A DNA stretch of 63,947 bases, filler included, from Licmophora abbreviata (lineage: Eukaryota): NCBI GenBank assembly GCA_900291995.1. It is 8 parts of 8 records of this genome, joined end to end, with 100 filler letters (N's around TTAATTAATTAA, not from the genome) between each part and the next. Parts side by side here need not be neighbours in the genome. Positions count along the whole stretch, not along the records: positions 23,540 to 31,279 come from OLMU01002554.1; positions 31,380 to 38,329 come from OLMU01002555.1; 6 more parts are not named here. One strand, written 5' to 3'. Positions 23,695 through 33,992 of the stretch are shown in pieces. The position numbers and the translations under genes are program-made. Positions within the stretch are counted from its first letter, which is position 1, and every line of letters starts with the position of its first letter. Below the pieces are notes generated by a model. It did not search any database, was not told the DNA's origin, and saw nothing but the letters and a program-made list of their open reading frames with translations.

Positions 23695-26600
23695 TTACAA
23701 ACTGCTCATAAGAGCCCACCATGAAACGGCCATGGCGAAAATGATTGACCCGATGGAAGAACTCTTTCTCGGACTAGCTGCACTCGACGGGCTAGTAGCA
23801 ATCGATAAACTGGTGGAACTCGACGGCCCGCTTGTAGTACTCGGTGGAGTACTAATAGCACTCGACGGCCCGCTAGTAGGAACCGACGGAACACTTGTGC
23901 TACTCGATGGATCACTAGTAGTACTGGATGGACCGCTAGTAGAACGCGACGGAACACTTGTAGTGATCGATGGACCGCCAGTAGAACTCGACGGAGCACT
24001 TGTAGTACTCGATGGACTGGCAGAACGTGACGGACTGCTCGTAGTGTTCGATGGAAAGCTAGCGGTTGATGGCCTACTACTAGCAGTCGACGGACCAGAA
24101 GTCGTACTCGGCGTACCACTAGCACTCGTTGGACCAGATGTAGAGCTTGACGGACTGCTAGTTGCGCTCACAGGACTGCTAGTAGTCGGTGGCGATTCAC
24201 TTGATACACCCGGCACAAGCGCTTCGATGTCACAATTGTCATCTATCCGATAGATTCCAACGTCATCAATTATCAAATCAACGCCTCTCGGCACATATCT
24301 CTGTAGTTGGGTATGTTGTCATCGTGCAAATGAAATCGGCCAACAGTAACCGTGAGTGCGGGACGGATTTATGGGTACGAAATACGCACACGCACAGAAA
24401 CTTACAAACGTCAATTTGATGGATGAAGCGGATGCCATGTCATCATCGGCAATGAAGACGCCGCTCATTTTACCCCACTCTGTCGTCTCAGGAACATCCG
24501 TCGCCTGTGCTACCTGTACAGAGGTGCCCTCTCCGCTTGTATTCGTAGGTCTAAGAAACATCTCTGGACATCTGCTGTCGGTATCTCTGGAACCAACTTG
24601 GCAGTAGACCTGCTCCAAGTTTGGACCCACAGAGAGTTTGAATTTTGCGGTCACTACATAACTCTCCCCAAAGACAACCAAGTCATTTTGAATGAGCTGC
24701 TGGGGCGATCCGCTTACTGTCATAAGAGCAAAGTCGCCTTCGCCGTCTGATCCAGGTTCGACCAGAAGAACTCGATCGCTGTTATCGTTCGCCCAAAATC
24801 TGCTGTCCCCAACCCCAAAGTTTCCATTGTAGATGAGATTTTTGCATGCACTTGATTCTGATTCCGTCAGGAGATCGACCGACACATTGTCGACGTACAT
24901 CGCCAGGGTCCTCTTGTTCCTCTGAATGTAGAAGAAAACATTGGGATTTCCAGCCATCTCATCCGACACTTCGAGAATGCCGTGTACCAGCTGGTAGGGA
25001 GCCGTGTCAGATGAGTGTACCACGAGAGCAACTTTCTCCTTATTGATCAGTCCGTCATCTGAGTGGGTGTATGTGCCGGCTTCAGGACAAACTTCCTCGT
25101 TCACGTCGCATGTATGTATGGCGCCCGAGATTTCATCGACCAGTTTGATCCATACCTTGACCTCGTATTTCCGACCAACCATTAAATCCATGCAGCGTGT
25201 ATCAAGATACTGGCCAATTGCGTCTCGAACGTTGTCAGTGCGTACGATGTCAACGAAGGCATTGCTTCCATTTATGCCCTGTGCTGTCGCGACTTCGATA
25301 CCGCCTTGACGGTGCAGCCATGGACTGTGATCGACCCCCGATTCCGCGTCGCCATTCTGGATAAGGCTACTACAATGACCTGACCCGATGTCGGGCACCA
25401 CAACACTGAAAGATCCCTCTGACAAAGCATTAGAGCAGGTGGGATGATCGTAAAATTCTTCGACGAAAGTAGGCCAGATCACGCTCCGAGTCGTATCTAA
25501 GAACCTGGCCAAGTACGAACCCGCAGGAACACTGACGGCGAAGACGCGCCGCTTACCGGAGTCCGTATTTAGCATAGCTGTCTCGACAGCATCACCACCC
25601 AATTCATACTCCATAGAACTTGATACCTCGATACATCTCTGTGAGTTCACAGAGTCGCAAACCTGTAGCAAGTAGCCAGTATCTTGTGTGGGGTCGACGT
25701 TGAAGGTCACCGTGCGAAGACACGTGTCCCGACAGTATGCATAGCACATTTCTGGAACAGGTTGACACTTCCCATCTTCGATTAGACCAGTCATCCATGC
25801 TTTGTTGCTAACAATAGTCGAAGTCCCTGTGAATGTTTGCGGTGGAGGCTGCAAGCTGCTATCTATATCGGTCAAGTAGATGTCAAAAACCCCAGCGTTG
25901 TCGGCCACACAAAGATTAGCGCGGGTAGCACCATCCTCAACATCCACGGTGGAGACAGTAGATGGGTAATCGAACCTGCCGGGCCTTGTCTGAAGAACAG
26001 CAGTCAGCGCACGCGACAAATCGAGTCAGAGACACTTTCGGCAAGAGCAGCAGAATCATGGAATCCAGGTCTCACCTCATCGTCAAATTGAAATACAGCA
26101 GCGTCGTTGCATCCTGAGTTTACAAAACCAGACGTAGCAATGTTATGAACATAGGCCCCGCCACTGTCTTCGTACTTTCGAAACGAATGAAACTCGATGC
26201 CAACAACTGACGCAAAGCGAGTACAAGTTCCAGGTACGTCCTGCGCCTGCAAGAGAGAGCGATATTCCGATGAAACACCAACTATCGATGCGTTCCTACA
26301 AAAAATGTCATCAGCGCGATCAATATCGATCTGTTTTCTGTTGTCGGCGTAAACCCCACCGACAATCTCAACGTTGCGAGTATTATGGAGGAACAAGCCG
26401 TCGCCCCGATTTCGAAAGAACCGTGAATCCAGCAAAAAGGCCCGCTCTTCTGGGACAAATCCAGATGGATATGTACGCATACCCTTCTAAACGTACCCAG
26501 TATATTGACAATCGCATGAGAATAGGGTGACGATGAACACACCACGGCCTGTCCAGTCACAACTTACATCCCGGCTGGAGTGAGCAACGTTCCCTTTGAA

Positions 26601-28207
26601 CAGCCCCAGAGGCTCTGACTGTGGATTCAGGTTTTCATAGGCATCTGCATTCGGCCCACGCACACCATCTCGCAGTTCCAACCAGTATCCATTGTCTTCA
26701 GATCCCGCCGCTACGTTACCCTCCCAGCTGTTGGATGGATTTGTCATCCAAAATGTGGAGGGTCTATCGTCCGTTTCCTTTTCGCCCCCGTTCTGCCGAG
26801 GTATCAGCGTTCCAACTCGCCGGGTCAGAGCACCCAAATTTCGGATGAAGCGATTATTTTGTTCGTTTCCGTCCTCTGTCATGAAACAGTGTCCCTGTGT
26901 GTCGAATGCAACGTTCGACTGGACAAGCAGCCCATTGCTTCCATGTACAACTATACAGCGTTGATTCGACTCCCTTACCAAGTTCTTGGAAACGATGGAA
27001 CCTGTCACATCGTCACATAAGTGAAAGTGAATAGGCTGTGGTGACCGCAAGCGCCGTATAATTGTGTTAGCATAGCAAAGGTACGGAGACGATTGCACCA
27101 AGTCCGTGCCCCACTTACATATCTTCCGAGCCGACCTTGTTGTCCAAAGTTGCGGAACTCGACTCCTTCTAGTTTCTGAGGGACAGCAGGCGTATGATAA
27201 ACCATCATGTGGGCTCCATGGCGATTGTTGGGATCATCGTTCGCACCCTGGAACAGAATATTACGTGAGAGAAGTGCCACTTCCACCGCGAAGTCAGGAT
27301 TGTCCGTGACAGTGGTAGGTCGTCCAATGGGAGAGTCCAACTCCAGTACCACGTATCCTTCCGCGGCTTCATATATTCTAGTTATTCTTCTCAGCTGGTG
27401 ATCATCGAACTCAGTCGTGTAGGAGGTTATGAGAACCTGCGCTCCAGCACCCCATTTTCCGGCGACAGAATTGTCCACTACCAACCCAGAGGTGCTCGAC
27501 AGGTCCTCCCCGAGAACGTCGTACAAGGGCACCCACGTCGGTGTATCGATAGGGAGCGCTTCGATCTGTAGTCTGCCTCCGGCTACAACGAAGGGTTTCT
27601 TTCCAATTGGACAGGGAAGACCGATCCCACATCGGTCCAGATTGCTGTTGCCGGGAAGGAATTGTAAATCATCCGTGCCCGTCAGGACAATCGTTACATC
27701 CTCGTCGCCGTCAGGTATCTTGCTCGAACTCATTTGTAATTCCCCTTGAACTAAAAGATACGGTAGCGACATGCTCAATCGAAGACCATCAGGCACAACC
27801 AGCTTTCCCTGGATGTCCAGTCCCCCGGCAAGAGTTACATTGCTCAAGTCCAGCGTGACGCACTGACCGCAGGGAATGACAATCTCAGTGGCATGATACG
27901 CTGTATTGGTAAATATCGACGACCATGTATTCGTACAACTTTGAGTTGGAAGATTAACATTGCACTGAAGAGGCTCAAAGGACTCGTATAAAAGCCCCCG
28001 AGCGTCTCGCCGATGGCTTCGTCGGCTGCTGTTGACCGGGTCGGTAGCCGGGTCCGACGATGCATCCAATAAGTTTCGTTTAACGATCGAATCTTTCTCC
28101 GCTCTTTTTCGTACGTGCCTTGATATCTGTGAAACTGCTGGGCACAGTGATACGAGAAAGATCGACACCAAGAACATCCAGAAACATGCCGGCGTCGCGA
28201 CAGTCAT
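23695..28207 (-). CDS. Cell-surface G8-domain / parallel beta-helix (CEMIP/TMEM2/fibrocystin-like) protein with two CBM4/22-like modules, Ser/Thr stalk and GPI-like tail (exons 28207-27119, 27035-26568, 26486-26076, 25989-24406, 24300-23695)
   Basis: Signal peptide, G8-like IPCGQCV...GLDIQGKL, EVALLSRNI, FGQQGRLGRY/PIHFH, SNQRCIVVHG, GHCFMTEDGNE, FWMTNPSN. CBM-like starts LIQNGDAE and NLIYNGNF. Hydrophobic C-terminus. Confidence 0.85.
23775..24190 (-). repeat. Degenerate 21-nt (7-aa, STTSGPS-like) tandem repeat encoding a mucin-like stalk
   Basis: Units such as STTSGPS, STTSAPS, STTSDPS, SSTSVPS recur every 7 codons. Confidence 0.85.
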
Positions 28208-28732
28208 GGTCAGACCGATGTTTCCTCGGAAATTTGAACCCTTTTTGAGTGTTTGTCCAAGACTCCGATTCCTCAGTCCAGTCACGGCTCTGATGTGCCA
28301 ATGAAATTAAAAAAATATAAACGTATTTGTATACTTGTAAGTACCTTAGTTGTTGGGTCGTGCCGCGCGCGCCATCAACTTTATCGTGAGAGCGAGTGTG
28401 AGCGTGCGAGAGATATTCTAATACAGATTTGTGCTCTCAACGGAAGTCTAGCAGGGAAGTGGAAGAGAGTGATGTACCGTAGTCGATCGATTCATACACC
28501 GTTACGGTGCTGCTAATGCACTGACGGCATCGGTACTGGTACTGTAGTTTGTCCGGATCGGAGTATCTCCACTGCTTCCGCTTCTTCTGGGCACGTGTCG
28601 TCAAGTTAGTTGCCTCTTGAGCAAGCTGGATTCGTACAAGTACGACTCGACTAACTTCTAACTACTTTCACTCATAGGTTCGGGACTAGAGCTACACTAA
28701 GGAGCAATAAAAACACTATGAATCCATGCACT

Positions 28733-29713
28733 TCACGATGCCGCCTTCTTCGGTGGTCCAGATCCGCCAGTGGTTCCCATGCCCATGGTTGTCTTAAAGG
28801 TGTCGTAGATCCACCACTGGAAACCAGTAAGGGTACCAATCATTAGAATACGCGGCGATAGCCCCTTGGTCGCCAGATCCTGGAGGCCAACTTCTCTTCC
28901 AATCTGCAGAAAACTCTTTCCCTTGTTGTCCGCCTTGCCCATTTGACTCACAATGGTATCTGCTGGATGTGAGACAATGGCACAGATCACTCCCGCAATA
29001 TAACCTGAAGCAAATGTCACGCCCAGTTGCGTGCTCTTGGGGTAGCTCGCTTTCGGTTCCGTAAGATAGTATGTATAGAAAGCCTCCACGACCTTTTCAA
29101 AGAAATAGAACTTTGCCATGGTGTAAGGTATCTGACGACCCCACAGTGGCACCAATGAACCAAATGGGAACCTGGTCTCGGCTGAGTTGGTGCGCATCTC
29201 TGAGAGCGCCGGAAACAGCTTGGTCGGAAACGTTCCTGCAGGCGATGTCTGCACTTTCACTTTGGTCATCTCCCAAGGGCACAATAGAATGTCGGCAAAG
29301 AACTCGGCAGAGGCAGATCCTGCTAGATAAATCAGGCCGCGATACTTGTAAGCGTTCTCCTCACCGGCGGCCGTCGAATACATATCCTTGAAGATTTCGT
29401 AGAAACCAAATTTGCCGGCCCCTTGCAAAGAGTATCCAATCGCGGTGGGAGCCCATCCTTTGATGGATCCTAACACTCCCTCTTCTTTGAGAATAGTGCG
29501 AAGACCTCCAACCAGTGTAGTGTACTTTACCGGATCGACCTGCATGTTGCACTTGACTACGTCCAACGGCGTAATACCAGTGTGGGTTAAGCCACACGAC
29601 AGAATTCCACCGAAAACGCATTTGGCGTAGTAAGCATCGTCATGTGGAACGGGATGCGACCACCGCGCATCCCACTTCGCGACTGTTGTAGCCAGAATGA
29701 ATGAAGACACCAT
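28733..29713 (-). CDS. Mitochondrial phosphate carrier (SLC25A3/PIC2-like)
   Basis: GGILSCGLTH..TPLDVVKC, GYSLQGAGKFGFYE, LWGRQIPYTMAKF, VSHPAD, RILMIGTLTGFQWWIYD. Confidence 0.95.
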   Translation of the reverse strand: MVSSFILATTVAKWDARWSHPVPHDDAYYAKCVFGGILSCGLTHTGITPLDVVKCNMQVDPVKYTTLVGGLRTILKEEGVLGSIKGWAPTAIGYSLQGAGKFGFYEIFKDMYSTAAGEENAYKYRGLIYLAGSASAEFFADILLCPWEMTKVKVQTSPAGTFPTKLFPALSEMRTNSAETRFPFGSLVPLWGRQIPYTMAKFYFFEKVVEAFYTYYLTEPKASYPKSTQLGVTFASGYIAGVICAIVSHPADTIVSQMGKADNKGKSFLQIGREVGLQDLATKGLSPRILMIGTLTGFQWWIYDTFKTTMGMGTTGGSGPPKKAAS

Positions 29714-29984
29714 TGTTTTCAGTCTCTTCAACTGTTTTTCTTCGCATGGTGCAGACGAGACGCACAGAACAAATGTGGAAGATTTGCAGGTTTCGCAAGA
29801 AAAAAGATGGCGTTCTCATCGACCCAATTTGTGAGACTACTCGTAGTTTGGTCATGCTAGAATTCCACATTCCTCGCTGTCTCCAACGAGCCGTCGGTCG
29901 TCACTGGAGGGTAGAGAGCAAATGCCAAACTACTGTACGTCGTAATGCTCTCTATAGCTACACCACGAATCTCTAGCAGAAAGA

Positions 29985-31473
29985 TTAAATGATTCCGGGA
30001 ATGAATCGATAGGGAACCAGCTTCTTGTAGGTCTCCCAGTCATCACCGTACTTTTCCTTGCACATGTGATCGTCGCGAATGGATCGATGAAGAAGCAATA
30101 CGGCAAAGAATACGGCGTAATAGTAGGGCACAAGGCTTCCGAAACCACACACCAAGCACCAGCTGAGTCCCAATAGATAGTCACCGGTGTAGTTGATCTT
30201 GCGAGCAGCGCCCCACCATCCGCTGGTCAACAGTTTCGTTCCTCGTTTGGTTTGAAGGAAGGACAGGTGTGAAAGACTTGGATCCTGTGGTTTTCGGCGA
30301 AACGCATCTTTTTGTCCGTTCGCACCGCGAAAGATAAAATAGCCTAGCATATGCAATGCAAGCACTCCCAGTAGAGCCAAATACGACAGATGAGGGTCGT
30401 GGTTCACCAAGTATCGTGCCTGCAGGGAGTACGTGAAGGGTACCCAGGCCAAGTCCCCAAACGCAAGCATGAATCCAAATCCGTCGGTCGTTATGTCCAT
30501 GGTCGTCAGAATGGCTCGTTCTTGGTAAAGAGCATCCCACACGTAGAATCCTTGAAAAGCATTGATTAAAATCATACTTCCCGACACATATCCAAGCTTC
30601 TCCTGTTGCTTGACGAGACAACTGATATTCAGAAGCATCCATCCGATAAGGCCGGGCCGTAGCTCGCAAAATTCTTTCCAATCGAATCCTCCAATACGAG
30701 GGTTAAGCTCTCGACCAATGAAGAAGTCATAAATGGCATTGCCACTATTGCCTCCGTCGGCCAAGATGCGGTTTCCGACGAAGGAGCTCGCGTATAGATA
30801 TAGACTGAGTACAAAGCAGAGACCGATTGTCACGAGAGCCAATTCGGAGGAGTAATCGTACAAGAGAGCCAGAGGCATTGATCCCAGCTGCCATACTCCA
30901 TTAGACTCATCGTAGTAAGGGTAACCGACTTGGACAACGAGCAGCGTCGCCCAAAACGCTAAATGGCCGTTGATGCGGTACGCGAGACGATGACTCTTGT
31001 CGCCCTTGATCGGAGCTCCCTCAACGAGTTCACATGGCAGCCACCGCTCCAATGCGACTTGAAACAAAAACCACACGAGCACCCCGAGTGTACACTTGAT
31101 TATCAGCTCCACATCGTCGCATCCCGGGCAGAGAACAGGAGACTGCAGCATTACGTCCCAAAAACGGGCCTGCCTAAATTCATGGACAAAGTCAAAATCA
31201 AGGCGTCCCACAATACTCCAATGCGACAATAGCAGCACGATCACTGGTAGCACCAGAGTCATGGCCAGCGTTGCCACTGNNNNNNNNNNNNNNNNNNNNN
31301 NNNNNNNNNNNNNNNNNNNNNNNTTAATTAATTAANNNNNNNNNNNNNNNNNNNNNNNNNNNNNNNNNNNNNNNNNNNNGCAGCACGATCACTGGTAGCA
31401 CCAGAGTCATGGCCAGCGTCGCCACTGGCCCGCCGAATTCGTACGGAAAAGGTGCCGCTTTGCTGGCCTTCAT
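29985..31473 (-). CDS. ERG24: Delta(14)-sterol reductase (ERG4/ERG24 family), spans the 31280-31379 spacer
   Basis: YEFGGP beyond the gap, then GNSGNAIYDFFIGRELNPRIG, ELRPGLIGW, TTMDITTDGFGFML, LLTSGWWG.ARKINY, KYGDDWETY. Confidence 0.93.
31280..31379. other. Assembly spacer with overlapping flanks
   Basis: N44-TTAATTAATTAA-N44; 31232-31279 is repeated at 31380-31427. Confidence 0.99.
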
Positions 31474-31830
31474 GGTCGACACACTTGACAAGGAACATGG
31501 ACGTGGCGCGAGATGAGCTTTTGTGGCGGCGGGGCTCGAGGCACGGGACACGAGCGCGCCAGCTCGAGCGCGCCGGGCGGTGCTACCGTATCATAATGGC
31601 CATACTCACTTTATAAACCCGACGTTTCCAAAAGAGCACCCTTGGCATCGGTAAACGATAGTCTAGCGCCTCCTCGAATACTACAACAGCTCCTCCTCAG
31701 TTTACGGCGCCTTTGGTTCTTCTAGTTTGTTGGTCGTCGCTTGTACAAAAAACGAGTTTTGAGCTTACATTGAAATTGATTGTAGGTGTATGAAAGCAGT
31801 TCCTAGCATACCACGTGTTCTTCAAGCTGA

Positions 31831-33591
31831 TCAGAATTCGATTCCAGGCTTTACGGTGGAACATCCTCCCGTGCTAACAGAATCCATCCAATTTCCATTG
31901 TGGCAGTGGTGCTCTTTAAGGAACTCATGGGCCCGCTGTGCCTGGACGATTCCAAATCCATAGTCGAAATCACAACCAGGAAGACCACTGTCTCTGGCCG
32001 ACTTTGCAAGTGCGAAACGGATCTGTTCATGGTTGCATTCTGGGTGGTGACTCCAGACGAGAGCCGCCACAGCCGCCACGTGAGGCGTTGCCATGCTTGT
32101 ACCAGAGAGGGTTTTGTAGGTGAACTCAATTTCGGTAGCGGTCGTATATCCGAGTGAGATGGTTTGGAAAAGAGCAGTCTGGAGAAGCTCGATCCCAACC
32201 TTTGCGGAAACAGTCATGACCGGAAAGTCCTGCATTGTATTCCAATCAGATATATCTCTGTCATCTGCCGCAAAGATTACGGCTCCAAGTGCACGGCCTC
32301 TCCGACAGTTGCGGATCATGGTGAAAAGACTCGAGCCATCATAGTACATGAGGCAAATGCCTGACGCCGCGGCATTGCACCGTGACTGACCCGGCCCGCA
32401 GTCCATCAGTCTTCCCTGCACTTCCCGTTCAGATGTCCCCTTTAAGGGTTCCGATGGATAGCTATAAGAAGGGGTATGAACAGCACTGGTACTGACATAT
32501 GTGGATAGCACATTGTATCCGGGAGCAGCAAGCTCAATCTGTCTGCCGTAGTTAGAATACGCCCAGTACCTATACCAGGGGTACACGGCGGCGACCGAGA
32601 CGACGCTCGGGTAGGAAGCGGGGTATAAGTCTACATTCTTCCCTTGATTCCCAGCTGCTGCAATGAAGAGGACATCGCTACGCTTAGCGTGATTTTTGTA
32701 AAAGTCCAATGATTGCTTGTAGCGTGTGCTACCACCAAGACTCATGGATACGATCTTCGCCCCTGCTTCGACACAGTCATCAACAGCTTCCAAGACAGTA
32801 GACTCGTACCCACTCTGGTATCTATCGAGGGCACGAGCAATATGAAGTCGAATGTTACCCGCCCCGGTAACCCCTTGAGCGTTGTTGGAGATGGCGGAGA
32901 TCGTACCCGCGATGTGGGTGCCGTGTCCGTTGAAATCTTCGTTCCAGCGCCAGTTTCTGCTCCGCAGGTTGGTTCCTGTCGTAGTAACCGGTAAGTCAGG
33001 ATGTCCCATAGCATAACCTGTATCAACAATACATACTGTCACTGGATGGCTCCCCACGTCCAATTGATCGGCTTGAACCATGCGAATCCCATACGGGACT
33101 TGTTCTCCGATCAGTTCTCGAATATCGCCGGGATCCATTGGCGTAGTGTCCTCGAACGACAAACCGTGGACAAGTCCATCGACCTCGACGTCTTCAATAT
33201 CCTCATGATCAAGAAGCTGCTCGAACTGTTTCTCATCTAGTGACACAACAAGAAGATCGGAACCAGTAAACTCCTTCACAAAGTCGTCAGCAGCAGCAAG
33301 GGCCTTGTCTTTTCCAGCCGCACTGGAGAACTTGACAAATACTTGAGTGGGCAAGGTCGCGTCAGAGTCTTTGCCATGGATCTGATCTCTAACAGAGATA
33401 AAGTCTTTCTTCTTCCTGAGACGCCTCTCATGAATATCATCCTTTGCTTGGTCTCCCCTTAAAGAGCTACTCTCTTTCGGCGAACTGGCTAAGGACTCAT
33501 TCAGATCGTCGTGCGCCAGCGGTCGCTCGCTAAGATATCCTTGAACACTATCGAGACAGAATAGGAGAGTGAGAATTTGCAAGTACTTCAT
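31831..33591 (-). CDS. Secreted subtilisin (S8) serine protease with prodomain and PA-domain insertion
   Basis: Signal peptide and triad motifs VDTG, NGHGTHIAG, SGTSMATPHV, with oxyanion AAAGN. An insertion lies between APG.NVLST and the Ser motif. Intronless. Confidence 0.93.
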   Translation of the reverse strand: MKYLQILTLLFCLDSVQGYLSERPLAHDDLNESLASSPKESSSLRGDQAKDDIHERRLRKKKDFISVRDQIHGKDSDATLPTQVFVKFSSAAGKDKALAAADDFVKEFTGSDLLVVSLDEKQFEQLLDHEDIEDVEVDGLVHGLSFEDTTPMDPGDIRELIGEQVPYGIRMVQADQLDVGSHPVTVCIVDTGYAMGHPDLPVTTTGTNLRSRNWRWNEDFNGHGTHIAGTISAISNNAQGVTGAGNIRLHIARALDRYQSGYESTVLEAVDDCVEAGAKIVSMSLGGSTRYKQSLDFYKNHAKRSDVLFIAAAGNQGKNVDLYPASYPSVVSVAAVYPWYRYWAYSNYGRQIELAAPGYNVLSTYVSTSAVHTPSYSYPSEPLKGTSEREVQGRLMDCGPGQSRCNAAASGICLMYYDGSSLFTMIRNCRRGRALGAVIFAADDRDISDWNTMQDFPVMTVSAKVGIELLQTALFQTISLGYTTATEIEFTYKTLSGTSMATPHVAAVAALVWSHHPECNHEQIRFALAKSARDSGLPGCDFDYGFGIVQAQRAHEFLKEHHCHNGNWMDSVSTGGCSTVKPGIEF

Positions 33592-33992
33592 GGTTGATAC
33601 CCGGCTACTTCGCATTTTCTCGCAGAAACAGTGAGAGGTTTTCTGCATAACTTTGGATCATCTCGAACTTTGCAACTTGAATTTTTGATAGAGCATGCGT
33701 TGGGGTGAAGCAAGAATGTGTTAGAGTGAATATAATGTATTAGACCATTAAGATCATTTAATGATTCTAAAAGTGTATGTATAACCTTAAGTACTTTCAT
33801 GAATAGAATTTATTAGTGAAAGTCGTACCTGTGCTTTGGTGTTGACACCCGTTGCATACCGGTAGGTTCAGATGCGGGCGATTTCGCCTGCCAAGGGGTA
33901 CCGACACCATGGCACCCCTCCCACTTATTGAGAGAACGTTCTTCTACAACATGGATTTCACGAACGTAAAGTCCAGCGTGATGCGCTCCAAA

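Noticed and set aside
23732..24253. Plus-strand ORF with LVVLDGP heptad repeats
   Set aside because: It is the antisense shadow of the STTSGPS stalk in the spliced G8 gene.
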